Shown here piece after piece: positions 1 to 10,281 of a stretch of 64,000 bases of DNA (within the stretch, counting starts at the first letter, position 1; each line of letters begins with the position of its first letter). The stretch spans positions 1-64,000 of the forward strand of contig JBGQEL010000009.1 of the NCBI GenBank assembly GCA_041496385.1, in the 5' to 3' direction. Made by a program: the position numbers and the translations under genes. Origin of the DNA: Candidatus Methylomirabilia bacterium (GTDB taxonomy: Bacteria; Methylomirabilota; Methylomirabilia; Rokubacteriales; CSP1-6). Under the pieces are notes generated by a model. That model ran no database searches, was not told the origin of the DNA, and saw only the letters and a program-made list of their open reading frames with translations.

Positions 1-431
1 TCCGCGAAGGCCTCGCGCCCCGCGGGGTCGAGGATCGCGATCACGCAGCGGAAGCGCGCCGTCCGTTTCTCCGGGGGAACGCCGGCCAGCGCCTCGAGCA
101 GGAGCGCGTAGCGGCCCGCGGCGTCGAGCGCGGGGCCCCCGTAGCGGGCGGAGCGGACGCCCGGCGCGCCGCCGAGCGCGTCCACCTCGAGGCCGGAATC
201 GTCCGCGAGCACCCAGCCCGGGGCCAGGCGCGCCACCGCGCGCGCCTTGAGAAGCGCGTTGCCGCGATAAGTATCCTCGGTTTCCTCCGGAAGCGCCGCG
301 CCGGGGAATTCGACGAGCGCCGTGAGCTCGAAGGGCACGTCGCCGAGGAGCGTCACCAGCTCCCGCGCCTTGGCGGGGTTGAGCGTCGCGAGAACGAGGC
401 GCGGTCTAGAGGGTGAAGACGCGCTCGGCAC
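1..431 (-). CDS. rdgB: Non-canonical purine NTP pyrophosphatase (RdgB/Ham1), truncated by window edge
   Basis: Manual translation [15 protein letters not shown]...[18 protein letters not shown]...[23 protein letters not shown]; follows rph; putative GTG at 431 overlapping rph end. Confidence 0.9.
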   Translation of the reverse strand, partial: MPSASSPSRPRLVLATLNPAKARELVTLLGDVPFELTALVEFPGAALPEETEDTYRGNALLKARAVARLAPGWVLADDSGLEVDALGGAPGVRSARYGGPALDAAGRYALLLEALAGVPPEKRTARFRCVIAILDPAGREAFA

Positions 432-1137
432 GTGCTTCGAGGGCGCGGCGCTGCAGACCGACGAGACGGCGGATGCCCGTCTCGGCGATGCCCAGGAGCG
501 CGTCGAGCCGTGCGCGGCCGAACGGCACCTGCTCGGCCGTGCCCTGCACCTCGACGAACTCCCCCGCGCCGGTCATGACGACGTTCATGTCGACCTCCGC
601 GGTCGAATCCTCGACGTAGCAGAGGTCGAGCGCCGGCTGCCCCTGGACGACACCGACGCTCACCGCGGCGACGCAGTCGCGGAGCGCGGAGGAGGGCTGG
701 AGCCCCGGGATGCGGCCGAGCGCGTCGGCGACGGCGACGAAGGCGCCGGTGATCGCCGCCGTGCGGGTGCCCCCGTCGGCCTGGATCACGTCGCAGTCCA
801 CCCAGATCGTGCGCTCACCGAGCTTGCTGCGATCGATCACCGCGCGCAGCGCGCGTCCGACCAGCCGCTGGATCTCCTGCGAGCGCCCGCTCGGCCCGCG
901 GTTCTCGCGCGGGGTCCGCGTGTTCGTCGAGCGCGGCAGCATCGCGTACTCGGCCGTCACCCAGCCCTGCCCCTGGCCCTTGAGGAAGGGCGGCACCTTG
1001 TCCTCGACCGACGCGGTGCAGATCACCTTCGTCGCGCCGAATTCGACGAGCACGGAGCCCTCGGGATGCAGGAGGAACTCGCGCGTCAGCGTGACGGGGC
1101 GGAGCTGGTCGGGTGCGCGGCCGTCGGGGCGCGACAT
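406..1137 (-). CDS. rph: Ribonuclease PH
   Basis: [53 protein letters not shown] motifs; start trimmed to internal ATG. Confidence 0.97.
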   Translation of the reverse strand: MSRPDGRAPDQLRPVTLTREFLLHPEGSVLVEFGATKVICTASVEDKVPPFLKGQGQGWVTAEYAMLPRSTNTRTPRENRGPSGRSQEIQRLVGRALRAVIDRSKLGERTIWVDCDVIQADGGTRTAAITGAFVAVADALGRIPGLQPSSALRDCVAAVSVGVVQGQPALDLCYVEDSTAEVDMNVVMTGAGEFVEVQGTAEQVPFGRARLDALLGIAETGIRRLVGLQRRALEARAERVFTL

Positions 1138-1142
1138 CGGCG

Positions 1143-2612
1143 TCACCGGGTCCGCGAGCCGGCCGGATCGCCGGCCGCGCGGAGCCGCTGGTCCCACTGT
1201 CGCTTGTACTCGGCGATGCCCAGCAGGATCGCCCGCGCCAGATCGTCGCGGTGGCGCGACTCCCTGAGCTTGCGCTCCTCGCGTGGGTTCGTCACGAAGC
1301 CGATCTCGAGCAGGATCGCCGGCATCGCCGCGCCCCCCAGCACGTAGAAGCCCGCCTGCTTCACGCCGCGGTTGCCGATGCGGAGCGTCTTGGTGACCGA
1401 GTCGTGCACGACCTCGGCGAGACGCTCGGACTCGACCTGGAACTCCGACTGGGCCAGATCCCAGAGGATCGTCCTGACGATGTCGACCTTGCCCGTGCCG
1501 CGCCCGCCGGGCTCGAGCTGGACGGCGCCGTTCTCGGCTGCCGCGACCTGGCGCGCGCCGTTGTCGGTCGCCTCGGACGACAGGAAATAGGTCTCGACGC
1601 CGTCGGCGTCGCGCTCGCGGTGGGCGTTCGCGTGGATGGACACGAAGAGATCGGCGCGTTGCCGGTTGGCGAAGCTGGTCCGCTCGCGCAGCGGGACGAA
1701 GACGTCGGTGTCGCGCGTGAGCAGCACCTTGAGGCCGAGCCGGTCGTCAACGAGCCTGGCCACGCGCTTCGTGACGTCGAGGACCAGATCCTTCTCCATG
1801 AGCCCGGTCGGTCCCGTCGCACCGGAGTCGTGGCCGCCGTGGCCGGCGTCGAGCACGATCGTCCTGAGCGGCGTGATCTCGACGCGGTTGTCGCGCTGCG
1901 CGCCGTCCACCGGCCGCTGGAGATCGAGCACGAGGCGCGGGGGGTCGGCGAGCGCGCTGGCGCGGATCGTGCCCGCGGCGGCCTCGTAGACGACGCGGAC
2001 GAGAACGTCGGCGCCGGCACGCTCGACACGGATCTCGTCGACGAAGCCGTCCTTGACCTCTTCCGTCTGCGCGATGGCGGCGAGGCCGACGATGCGGATC
2101 CGCGCCTCCCTGGGCCCGCTCTGCTCGACGCGATGGGTGACCGCGCCCGAGGTCTCGAGCACGATCCGCGTGAACGACGGGTAAGAACGGAAGCGTAGAT
2201 CGTCGAGCGTCACCTCGACCGCTGGCGGCGGCGCCGGCGCCCGGGGCGCGGCCTGGGCCGTCACCTTTGGACCGGCGGCGAGCTTCGGCAGCACGCGACC
2301 CACGAACGACTCGGGCACGAGCCAGACGCCCTGCCTGACGCGCACCGGGGCGTCCAGGACGACGGGCGTGTCGTTCACGAGGATCTGCGACCAGTTGCGG
2401 GTGAAGGTGACGACGTGGCCCGGCGTCTTGAGACGCGCACGGGTCGACGCCGCGGTCGCGTCGAGCGTGGACGAGCGGAGGCTCGCGGCGACGCGCGTGA
2501 GCTCGACGTACGGGCGACCGTCGTGGGTGACGATGGGCAGACCGGCGCCCGCCCCGTCCGCCCAGAGGACGAGGAGCACGACGGCGGCGAGACGGAGGCG
2601 CCGGACGGTCAT
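1143..2612 (-). CDS. N-acetylmuramoyl-L-alanine amidase (Amidase_3) with signal peptide and AMIN-like domain
   Basis: [30 protein letters not shown] motifs; N-terminal hydrophobic signal. Confidence 0.93.
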   Translation of the reverse strand: MTVRRLRLAAVVLLVLWADGAGAGLPIVTHDGRPYVELTRVAASLRSSTLDATAASTRARLKTPGHVVTFTRNWSQILVNDTPVVLDAPVRVRQGVWLVPESFVGRVLPKLAAGPKVTAQAAPRAPAPPPAVEVTLDDLRFRSYPSFTRIVLETSGAVTHRVEQSGPREARIRIVGLAAIAQTEEVKDGFVDEIRVERAGADVLVRVVYEAAAGTIRASALADPPRLVLDLQRPVDGAQRDNRVEITPLRTIVLDAGHGGHDSGATGPTGLMEKDLVLDVTKRVARLVDDRLGLKVLLTRDTDVFVPLRERTSFANRQRADLFVSIHANAHRERDADGVETYFLSSEATDNGARQVAAAENGAVQLEPGGRGTGKVDIVRTILWDLAQSEFQVESERLAEVVHDSVTKTLRIGNRGVKQAGFYVLGGAAMPAILLEIGFVTNPREERKLRESRHRDDLARAILLGIAEYKRQWDQRLRAAGDPAGSRTR

Positions 2613-2669
2613 CGGTGAGCCGATTCTAGCAACGCCGGCCGGGCGCGCCCGTCCTTTATAATCCCGCGC

Positions 2670-3644
2670 TCACGCCGATCGTGCCTCGCCCGCGTGACGG
2701 CGCGTGAGCGCGAAGGCGATCAGCCCGAGGCCCACCCACGCCGCCTCGCGGATGCGCCGGACGAGACTGAACGAGACCGCCGACGTCGGGGGCAGGCCGA
2801 GCGCCGCGAACGTGATCAGATAGCCGCCCTCGAGGGCACCGAGACTCGCCGGAATCACGAACGTCGCGAAGCGGACGGCGGTACCGAAGGCCTCGATCAC
2901 CGTGGCGGTCGTCCACGACACCGGCACGCCGAGGAAGTGGAGGATCAGCCACGTTTCGACGGAGCCGAGCACCCACGCCGCCAGGTGGAAGCCCAGCGAC
3001 AGGGTCAGCCTCGCGGGTGACGTGCGGTAGAAACGGGCGAGCGCGTCGTCGATCCGCCCGAGCGCGGCCGTCTCGACGCCCACCACCCCGAGCTGGCCGA
3101 GGAGCCGCCCGCCCCAGGAGAGCACGCCGCGCGTCTGCGCGACGACGAACCCCGCGAGCGCCACCGTCTCGATCGCGAGCAGCCAGAGCATGCCGTGGAG
3201 CAGCGGCGAGCCCGGCGGCGCGCTCATCCACGCGAGGCCGATCCCGAGCAGGAGGAAGACCCCCTGCGCGATCGTGATCGTCGTCTTCGCCACGATGACC
3301 GACGACACGCTCACGTCGAGCGGCACGGCGTCGCGCAGGAGCCAGGCCTTGACCGCCTCGCCGCCCAGCGCGGCCGTCGGTGTCGCGAGATTGAACGCCT
3401 CGCCGGCGAGACGCGCCGAGAGCAGGGTGCGAAACGGGACCTCGTCGCGGAGGAACGCGAAGCGCCAGCCCAGCGTGTCGAGAGCCATCACGAGGGTCAC
3501 GGGGAAGCAGAGCACGATCGCGAGCCGCCAAGAGAGCTGGGTGATCGAGGCGAGGATCGCCCGTGGGTCGTTCGTCGCCACGAGCACGACGAGCAGGACG
3601 AGGCCGAGCGCGAGCAGCGCCTGGCGCAGGCGGCGCAGCGTCAG
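2670..3644 (-). CDS. Lysylphosphatidylglycerol synthase TM / flippase-like membrane protein (UPF0104/HpnL-like)
   Basis: Multi-TM C-terminal part of ORF 2670..4940: GEAFNLATPTAALGGEAVK, IPASLGALEGG, LVRRIRE; start uncertain (CTG at 3644). Confidence 0.8.
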   Translation of the reverse strand: MTLRRLRQALLALGLVLLVVLVATNDPRAILASITQLSWRLAIVLCFPVTLVMALDTLGWRFAFLRDEVPFRTLLSARLAGEAFNLATPTAALGGEAVKAWLLRDAVPLDVSVSSVIVAKTTITIAQGVFLLLGIGLAWMSAPPGSPLLHGMLWLLAIETVALAGFVVAQTRGVLSWGGRLLGQLGVVGVETAALGRIDDALARFYRTSPARLTLSLGFHLAAWVLGSVETWLILHFLGVPVSWTTATVIEAFGTAVRFATFVIPASLGALEGGYLITFAALGLPPTSAVSFSLVRRIREAAWVGLGLIAFALTRRHAGEARSA

Positions 3645-5212
3645 CGCTCCCGGTAGAAGAGGAGCAACAGCCCGACGGCCGCGAGCGCGCCGGACCAGAG
3701 CCACCGGGGGAGCCGCGCGCCGGCGCCGGGCAGCCGGAGCTCGAGCCAGCGGCCCCAGCCCACGAGCATCCCGAGCAGTCCGAGCGGTGCGTGCGTGACT
3801 TCCTGGAGGAACTCCTCCTTGACGTTCACGCTCGCGTGCGAGTGCGTGAGCAGGAGGCCGCCACCGATCGCGCAGAGGACCGGAAAGACGAGGGCGCAGC
3901 GCGCCGAGGTGAGCCGACCGGCGCGCACCATCCACTCGAACACCGCGAAGACGAAGACGAGCAGGACGAACATGCGGTGCTGCAGCACCTCGGGAACGCG
4001 CATGCCCTCCCAGAAGCCTCGCGGGCCGAGCGGCCAGTCGCCGGGATCGTCGCGCACGAGGAGCATCACCGCGAGACCGAGGAAGATGAGGGGCCAGTGG
4101 CGCGCCCAGCGCGCGCGGCCCGAGGCGTGCAGGAGGGCCAGGATCCCCATGCCGAGCACGAAGACACCCGCGACGTTGTGGTTGAACTCCGACCACGCGC
4201 GGTCGGCATCGGTACGCGGCGCCTTCGGGTCGTCCACGGGCATGTCGGCGATCCGCGGCGACGTGAGCGTGGGCGCCCTGGGCGTGAGCCGGTGCAGAAC
4301 CTCGGCGAGCGCCGCGCGGTCGGCGACCACGTCCGCCGCGGGCGGCAGCGAGGTCAGCGAGGCCGCCACGAACAGGACGGTCGCGCCGAGCCCGAACTCG
4401 ACCTCGACGAAGCGCCGCAGACGCGGCGGACCGACGTCGGAGCCGCCGGGGAGCCGCCGGACCGCGAAGAAGTTCAGCGCGCCCAGGACGAGGAGCCCGC
4501 CCAGGATCGCCACCTTGGTCAGCAGCATGAGGCCGTACGCCGTCCCCAGGAGCGCGTGGGGCCCGTCCACGTAGTTCAGCGAGAGGCCGAGGCCCGCGGC
4601 CGTGAGCACGGCGACGGCGGCGATGGCGGTGCCCGAGAAGCGCTTGAGCAGCCGCGCGGGCCACGGGGTGGCGCCCCGCCCGCGCGCGGCGACGATGAGC
4701 TGGGCGAGCCCCCCGACCCAGACGCCGCCGGCGAGCTGGTGGAGCGCGTCGAGCGCCAGGAGAACGGCGCGCGGGCCGACCCGCGCCGCCGCGTGGCTCG
4801 TCCACGCGGCGCTCAGGCAGAGGGCGAGCGCCGCGATCGGCAGGGCGAGCCAGGCGTAGCCCGGCCGCGCGCGCCGGCGGACGAGCGCGCACCCGGTGAG
4901 CAGCACGGCGCACGCGAGCATCCGCGCGACGGCCGCCCAAAAATAGGTCGTCGCCATCACCGCGCGCACGGGCCAGCCGTCCTCGCCCGCGAGCGCGGCG
5001 AGCTGGAGGCCGAGCGAGAGCGCCTGGGCGACGGCGACGATCACCGCGCCGGCGGCGGTGACCGTCAGGCTCCGCCCGAGCAGCGGCGCGAGGGCGGGGC
5101 GCTCGCCGATCGCCGGGCGCAGGAGCCAGATCGCGAAGGCGACGCCCCCCACGGCGACCGCCTGGCCGCAGAGCGCGAGGCCTCGAAGGATGACGTCGAG
5201 AAAGCCGGTCAC
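3641..5212 (-). CDS. CopD-family multi-TM protein with His-rich C-terminal extension
   Basis: WTSHAAAR, LHQLAGGVWVGGL, GTAYGLMLLTKV CopD motifs; extra WSEFNHN, QHR, THSH segments. Confidence 0.8.
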   Translation of the reverse strand: MTGFLDVILRGLALCGQAVAVGGVAFAIWLLRPAIGERPALAPLLGRSLTVTAAGAVIVAVAQALSLGLQLAALAGEDGWPVRAVMATTYFWAAVARMLACAVLLTGCALVRRRARPGYAWLALPIAALALCLSAAWTSHAAARVGPRAVLLALDALHQLAGGVWVGGLAQLIVAARGRGATPWPARLLKRFSGTAIAAVAVLTAAGLGLSLNYVDGPHALLGTAYGLMLLTKVAILGGLLVLGALNFFAVRRLPGGSDVGPPRLRRFVEVEFGLGATVLFVAASLTSLPPAADVVADRAALAEVLHRLTPRAPTLTSPRIADMPVDDPKAPRTDADRAWSEFNHNVAGVFVLGMGILALLHASGRARWARHWPLIFLGLAVMLLVRDDPGDWPLGPRGFWEGMRVPEVLQHRMFVLLVFVFAVFEWMVRAGRLTSARCALVFPVLCAIGGGLLLTHSHASVNVKEEFLQEVTHAPLGLLGMLVGWGRWLELRLPGAGARLPRWLWSGALAAVGLLLLFYRER

Positions 5213-5216
5213 GCGC

Positions 5217-6374
5217 TCACGCGGGCCGGCGCGCGCCGACCCAGAGCAGCAGCGCGAGGAAGATCGGCGAGCCGGCGCTCGCGAGGATGAGGAACCAGTC
5301 CACCCGCCCGAAGGCCGAGAGCGCCACGACGACGTAGATGAAATCGCGGTGGGCCATCGCCTCGGCCACGCGGTCCGTGGCCGAGGCCCCCGCGCCCGGC
5401 ACGACGTCGAGCATCGTCCGGCGGAACACGCACGCGGCCGAGGCGAGCGTGCTCGCGATCGTCACGGCGCCGAGGACCAGCGGCCACGCCGCCTGGATCG
5501 CGAGGCTCCAACCGACGGCGATGCAGCCGAAGACCGCCACGTGCACCAGATTGTCGCCCCAGAAGTCGAGGATGGCGCCGCGCCGCGACTCCATGAACTT
5601 GAGCCGGGCGAGCTCGCCGTCGCAGCCGTCGAGGATCGAGTGGGCCAGGAAGAGGAGCGCGCCGGTGAGCTGCCAGGCGGGCCCGACGGAGAGGAAGAAC
5701 GGCGCGCCCGCGAGCCCGACCCCGACGCTGACGAGCGTCATCGCGTCGGGCGTGATCCGCGTCCCGACGAGCCGCCGCGTGACCGCGAGCGAGATCCGCC
5801 GCTCGACGTGGCGCGACATGAATCCCTCGCTCTGCTTGATGAGGCTCCGGAGGAGCCAGCGCTCGGCCGCGGCGACGTCCGCCGGCTCGGCGAGCGGGAA
5901 CCGGCCGGGCGCGTCGAACCCCGCGGGCGGGCCGACGCCGCCCGCCGGCAGCGCCGCCAGGACCTCGTCGGCGGCCCGGCTCGCGGCCGCCGCCCGGAGC
6001 ACTCGCCCGGCGTCCGCCGTCTCGATCACGGCGGTCAGCGACGCGTCCACGTACGCCGTCTCGGGCGGCAACTTGGTCTCGCGGAGTGTGCGGAGCCAGC
6101 GCGGCTGCGGCACGACGTTCGCGGGCAGGAGGACTACCCTGCCGGGGCGCGCGAGCGAGTCCGGCACGAGCGGCACCGCCACCGTTCCGCCCAGGACCTC
6201 CGCCGCGCCCACGGCCCGGTGGACGAGGACGGTGTCGAACCCGGCACGCGTCGCCGCGAGCACGATTCGCCGAAGGAGCGGTAGCCCGGCGACAACCGTC
6301 GCCGCGCTCACGCGCGCGGCCACGGCGGCCGCCGGCGGAACGACGACGAGGACGCTCGCCGCCGCGGGCGTCAG
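5217..6374 (-). CDS. CDP-alcohol phosphatidyltransferase with degenerate N-terminal nucleotidyltransferase-like domain (IPCT/DIPPS-like)
   Basis: DGCDGELARLKFMESRRGAILDFWGD signature; EGFMSRHVERRIS; N-terminal VAGLPLLRRIV; start uncertain (CTG 6374 or GTG 6323/6311). Confidence 0.85.
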   Translation of the reverse strand: MTPAAASVLVVVPPAAAVAARVSAATVVAGLPLLRRIVLAATRAGFDTVLVHRAVGAAEVLGGTVAVPLVPDSLARPGRVVLLPANVVPQPRWLRTLRETKLPPETAYVDASLTAVIETADAGRVLRAAAASRAADEVLAALPAGGVGPPAGFDAPGRFPLAEPADVAAAERWLLRSLIKQSEGFMSRHVERRISLAVTRRLVGTRITPDAMTLVSVGVGLAGAPFFLSVGPAWQLTGALLFLAHSILDGCDGELARLKFMESRRGAILDFWGDNLVHVAVFGCIAVGWSLAIQAAWPLVLGAVTIASTLASAACVFRRTMLDVVPGAGASATDRVAEAMAHRDFIYVVVALSAFGRVDWFLILASAGSPIFLALLLWVGARRPA

Positions 6375-7393
6375 ACCATCACCTCGACGGGCACGCCGCG
6401 GCCGCCGGCGCGACTCGAGGCCCGCGCCCCATGCTCGAGCGCCACACAGAGCGAGGCCTCCGCGAGGTTCCCGCGCGGGGCGTCCGGCGCCGCGACCTCG
6501 GCGAGGAACTCGGCGGCCTCGGCGTCGAACCAGTCCGGGTGCTGGGAGCCGTCCGAGAGCGGTGGCGGACAGGACCAGCGCTCCTCGGCGCCGTTCCGGC
6601 GCAGGACGACGGTGTCGTCCAGCAGCTCGACGACACCCTCCGTGCCGGTCAGCTGAGCCCAGTTGCGGCGCTCGTCGGCGGCCCACGTCAGGAGGATCTC
6701 CGCCGTGGCCTGATCGAACGCGACCCGCACGGTGGCCGTGTCCTCCACGGCCCAGGCGGTGTGCCGGCGCGTCTCGAGCCGCGCGCTCACCGTGTGCGGC
6801 GATCCGCCGATCCAGCGCTGGACGACGTAGAAGACGTGCCAGCCGTGGTCGGTCAGCACGCCGCCGCCCGCGACGGCGGGATCGAGTCGCCAGTTGTCGT
6901 TGCCGTCGCTGCTGGTGGCAGCCGGGCGCGTGCGCAGCGTCTCCCAGACGACCCGCGTGACGCGTCCGATCCGCCCCTGGCGGACGAGCTCGAGCGTCTT
7001 CCGAACCATCGGCGCGTGGTGCCAGTTGTGGACGGTATGCAGCGCGCGGCCCGCCGCGACGGCGAGCCGGGTGAGCGGCGCGAGCTCGCCGGGCGAGCCC
7101 ACCAGCGGCTTCTCGCACAGGACGTGCAGGCGTCGCTCGAGGGCCGCACGGATCAGCGGCGCGTGGCTCGATGGTGGCGTGCAGATGTCGACAAAGTCGA
7201 GGCCGGGCTCCGCGAGGACCGCGTCGGCGCTGTCGCGCCAGCCGGCGCCCGGCAGCTCGGTGGCGAGCAGGGCGCGCTGGGCCGGCCGCGTGTCCGTCAC
7301 CGCGACGATCTCGACATCGCGCCGCCGCCGCCAGCCGGGCACGTGACCGTGGACGGCGACGTTGCCGAAGCCGATGATCGCGCCCCGGAGCAT
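6371..7393 (-). CDS. Gfo/Idh/MocA-family NAD(P)-dependent oxidoreductase
   Basis: GAIIGFGNVA, HVLCEKPL, GGGVLTDHGWH. Confidence 0.92.
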   Translation of the reverse strand: MLRGAIIGFGNVAVHGHVPGWRRRRDVEIVAVTDTRPAQRALLATELPGAGWRDSADAVLAEPGLDFVDICTPPSSHAPLIRAALERRLHVLCEKPLVGSPGELAPLTRLAVAAGRALHTVHNWHHAPMVRKTLELVRQGRIGRVTRVVWETLRTRPAATSSDGNDNWRLDPAVAGGGVLTDHGWHVFYVVQRWIGGSPHTVSARLETRRHTAWAVEDTATVRVAFDQATAEILLTWAADERRNWAQLTGTEGVVELLDDTVVLRRNGAEERWSCPPPLSDGSQHPDWFDAEAAEFLAEVAAPDAPRGNLAEASLCVALEHGARASSRAGGRGVPVEVMV

Positions 7394-7394
7394 C

Positions 7395-8717
7395 CTACTG
7401 GAGCCCGTGCTCCTTGACGACGGCGCCGAGGGCCTCGTCCAGGATCGCCAGGCCCGCGAGCGCCTGCTCTTCGCGGATCACCAGCGGAGGGTTGATCCGG
7501 ATCGTGGGCGAGTAGGTCATGGCGACGAGGCCGCGCCGGAGACACTCCTGATAGAGCGCCTGCGTGATCGCCCTGGCCAGCGGCTTCTTCGTGCCGCGGT
7601 CGGCGACGAGCTCGATGCCCAGCATGAGCCCCTTGCCCCGGACCTCGCCGACGCACCGATACTTCTCCTTCAGGGTCTCGAGGCGCTGGAGCATCACCTT
7701 CCCCACGCGCGCGGCGTTCGTCACCAGGTCTTCTTTGAGGATGATCTCGAGCGCGGCGACGCCCGCGGCGGCCGCGAGCGGGTTACCCCCGTAGCTCGAG
7801 GAGCTGGCGCTCGGGTTCGACCAGGGCTTCGTCGCCGTGATCGCCTCGGTCGAGACAACACCCGCGAGGGGAAAGCCGCCGCCCACGCCCTTGCCGAGGG
7901 TCATGATGTCGGGGACGACGCCGTCGTGATCGGTGCCCCACATCGCGCCCGTCCGTCCGAAGCCGCAGATCATCTCGTCCGCGATCAGCAGCGCGCCGTG
8001 GTCGCGCGCGATCGCCTGGACTGCCCGGAGGAACCCCTCGGGCGGCACGACGTTGCCCGCCGTCCCCTGGATGGGCTCGACCAGGATCGCGCCGATCTCG
8101 CCCGCCGTCTGGTAGCGGATCACGTCGCGCAGGAACTCGGCACACGCGATGCCGCAATCGGGGTAGCGCAGCTTCAGCGGGCAGCGATAGCAGTCGGCGT
8201 AGGGCGACAGATAGCGGCCGGGCGTGAACGGCCCGAGGTGGTGCTTGAAGTCGCTCCCGAGCAGCGGCAGCACGCCGGCCGTCTTGCCGTGGAAGCCTCC
8301 CCAGAAGCCCGCGACCTCCGCCTTGCCGGTCGCCGACTTGGCGAGCCGCAGCGCCGCCTCGACCGCCTCGGCGCCGCCGGAGAACATCTGGATCCGCGTG
8401 AGCCCGGCCGGCGTCACGGAGGCCAGCAGCTCGAAGAAGCGCGCGCGCGCCTCGGTCGTGAAGCTGCCGAACGTCAGCCGCTCGACCTGACGCTTCAACG
8501 CCTCGACGTAGTGCGGATGACAGTGCCCGATGCTGCCGACGGCAATTCCGGCGATGAAGTCGATGTACTCGTTGCCGTCCTCGTCGATCAGCGTGCAGCC
8601 GGACCCGCGCGCCATCGCGAGGCCGGCCTGGAGCGAGAAGGACTGGCTGCCCGGCGACTGGAAGCGGCGCTCCCGCGCGACGATCTCCCGCGAGCGCGGC
8701 CCCGGCTCCCGGGTCAC
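7395..8717 (-). CDS. Class III PLP-dependent aminotransferase
   Basis: GFWGGFHGKT, EPIQGTAG, LIADEMICGFGRTG, DIMTLGKGVGGG, SSYGGNP; GTG start overlaps upstream stop. Confidence 0.93.
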   Translation of the reverse strand: MTREPGPRSREIVARERRFQSPGSQSFSLQAGLAMARGSGCTLIDEDGNEYIDFIAGIAVGSIGHCHPHYVEALKRQVERLTFGSFTTEARARFFELLASVTPAGLTRIQMFSGGAEAVEAALRLAKSATGKAEVAGFWGGFHGKTAGVLPLLGSDFKHHLGPFTPGRYLSPYADCYRCPLKLRYPDCGIACAEFLRDVIRYQTAGEIGAILVEPIQGTAGNVVPPEGFLRAVQAIARDHGALLIADEMICGFGRTGAMWGTDHDGVVPDIMTLGKGVGGGFPLAGVVSTEAITATKPWSNPSASSSSYGGNPLAAAAGVAALEIILKEDLVTNAARVGKVMLQRLETLKEKYRCVGEVRGKGLMLGIELVADRGTKKPLARAITQALYQECLRRGLVAMTYSPTIRINPPLVIREEQALAGLAILDEALGAVVKEHGLQ

Positions 8718-9553
8718 CGCAGCCCCCCGAGGAAGCGGAGCGCCAGATGGGAGGCGATCCGCGCGGCGGCCTCGTCGCGGTAGAGCGCGAAGCTCGGCCA
8801 GGCGTTCACGTCGAGGAGCACGGGCTCGCCCTCGGGCGTCACGATCGCGTCCCCGCCGTAGACCTCGAGCCCGAGCGCCGCGGCGGCGGCGCGCACGAGC
8901 CGCGCGAAGCGCCGCGGGTCGAACGCGTAGCCGGCGAGCGTCTGCTCCTTGTGATGGAACCAGCGAAACCACGGTGGCGCGCCGTGCGGTCCGCCGCCGG
9001 CGCCCACGCCGTAGAACTTCACGAGGTCGCCGGCGACGTGCGGCTGGAGCACGGCGCGCGGGATGCCGCGCTCCGCGAGCCCCTGGAGCGCCGCGGCGAC
9101 GGCCGTCGCCGTGGGCGCCTGGACGACGTCGCCCTCCTGCGTGTTGTGGACGTCCGCGCGCTTCACCCAGACGGGCAGCGCCGCACCCGCGCCCGTCTCG
9201 GCCGTCGAGACGAGACGGCTCGTGATGAACGGGACATTCGCCTCGGCGAGCACCTCGATCATCTGCTCGCGATAGGTGTTGAGCACCGCCTGGGACCCGT
9301 TCACGAGCGGCACGCCGCTCGCCTCGAGCGCGCGGAGCCTCCGGAGCACGTCGAGGCGCTCGCACATGAGGAAGACGAAGCGCGGCCGGCTCTCGTCCGC
9401 CTCGTTGACCTCCTCCGGAGTCTTCAGGATGACCTGGAGCCCCTTCGCCTCGAGATGCTTCCCCGTGAGTCGCAGGATCTCGGTATCGTCGGACTCACGG
9501 CCCGGCGAGTGCGCCGATTCGCGGAAGATGCCCCAGCAGAGCGAGTTGTTCAC
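8714..9553 (-). CDS. ATP-grasp-fold protein of unknown function
   Basis: PVWVKRAD, VLQPHVAGDLVKFYGV, YGGDAIV, LLDVNAWPSF; GAGGAG RBS before GTG 9553. Confidence 0.8.
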   Translation of the reverse strand: MNNSLCWGIFRESAHSPGRESDDTEILRLTGKHLEAKGLQVILKTPEEVNEADESRPRFVFLMCERLDVLRRLRALEASGVPLVNGSQAVLNTYREQMIEVLAEANVPFITSRLVSTAETGAGAALPVWVKRADVHNTQEGDVVQAPTATAVAAALQGLAERGIPRAVLQPHVAGDLVKFYGVGAGGGPHGAPPWFRWFHHKEQTLAGYAFDPRRFARLVRAAAAALGLEVYGGDAIVTPEGEPVLLDVNAWPSFALYRDEAAARIASHLALRFLGGLR

Positions 9554-9573
9554 GCGTGTCCTCCTCGAAACGC

Positions 9574-10281
9574 CTATTCTACGCGTCCCGCCAAGGCCAG
9601 CGCCTCGGCGAGCGCGACGTCGTCGGCCCGATCCACGTCCACGACCGCCTCGATCACCTCGCCGTACACGGGCTCGCCGGTCTCCGCGAGCCACGCGAGG
9701 AACTCGCGGAGCCGCGCGAGCCCGACGGGCGGGCGCAGGCTCCGCGTCCGCTCCGAGACGAGGTAGATCCCGGCCGTCACGAGGTCGCCCCTCGAGCCGC
9801 CGATCGAGGTGACCCGCCCGGCGGCGTCCAGGCAGACGCGGAGGGGATTCTCGTCAGCGACGAGCGGCGTGACCGCGAGCACCGTCGCGTCCTGCGGCCG
9901 GCCCTGCGCGGCCCGGACGAATCGCACGAAGTCCGCCTCGCGGCACCAGGCGTCCACCGTCGAGACCAGGACGCGGCCCGCCGGTGCCCGGCCGAGCACC
10001 TCCTGGAAGCTTTCGAGGGAGGAGCGCGTCGTCTTCACGATGAACTCGACGTCCAGATGGGGGAAGCGCGCGCTGACCCAGTCGGGCACGCCCCGCTCGT
10101 CCTCGTTCACGATCGCGACCAGCGGGCCGACGCCGGCCGCCCGGAAGTTGGCGATCACCGTCTCGATCAGCGGCACGCCGGCCACCGGCACGAGCGGCTT
10201 CGGCATCGGGAAGCCCGCGGCGCGCAGGCGGCTGCCCTCGCCCGCGGCGATGATGCCTCCCGCGAGGCGCGGCGCGTTCAC
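9574..10281 (-). CDS. Sugar-phosphate nucleotidyltransferase (NTP_transferase)
   Basis: GGIIAAGEGSRL...PKPLVPVAGVPLIE; C-terminal VDVDRADDV. Confidence 0.9.
   Translation of the reverse strand: MNAPRLAGGIIAAGEGSRLRAAGFPMPKPLVPVAGVPLIETVIANFRAAGVGPLVAIVNEDERGVPDWVSARFPHLDVEFIVKTTRSSLESFQEVLGRAPAGRVLVSTVDAWCREADFVRFVRAAQGRPQDATVLAVTPLVADENPLRVCLDAAGRVTSIGGSRGDLVTAGIYLVSERTRSLRPPVGLARLREFLAWLAETGEPVYGEVIEAVVDVDRADDVALAEALALAGRVE

Noticed and set aside
2670..8717. Hopanoid side-chain (hpnL/hpnO) cluster
   Set aside because: Flippase and class III aminotransferase families fit, but no shc, hpnH, hpnG or other hpn genes are present; CDP-alcohol chemistry points to a phosphodiester instead (not fully excluded)
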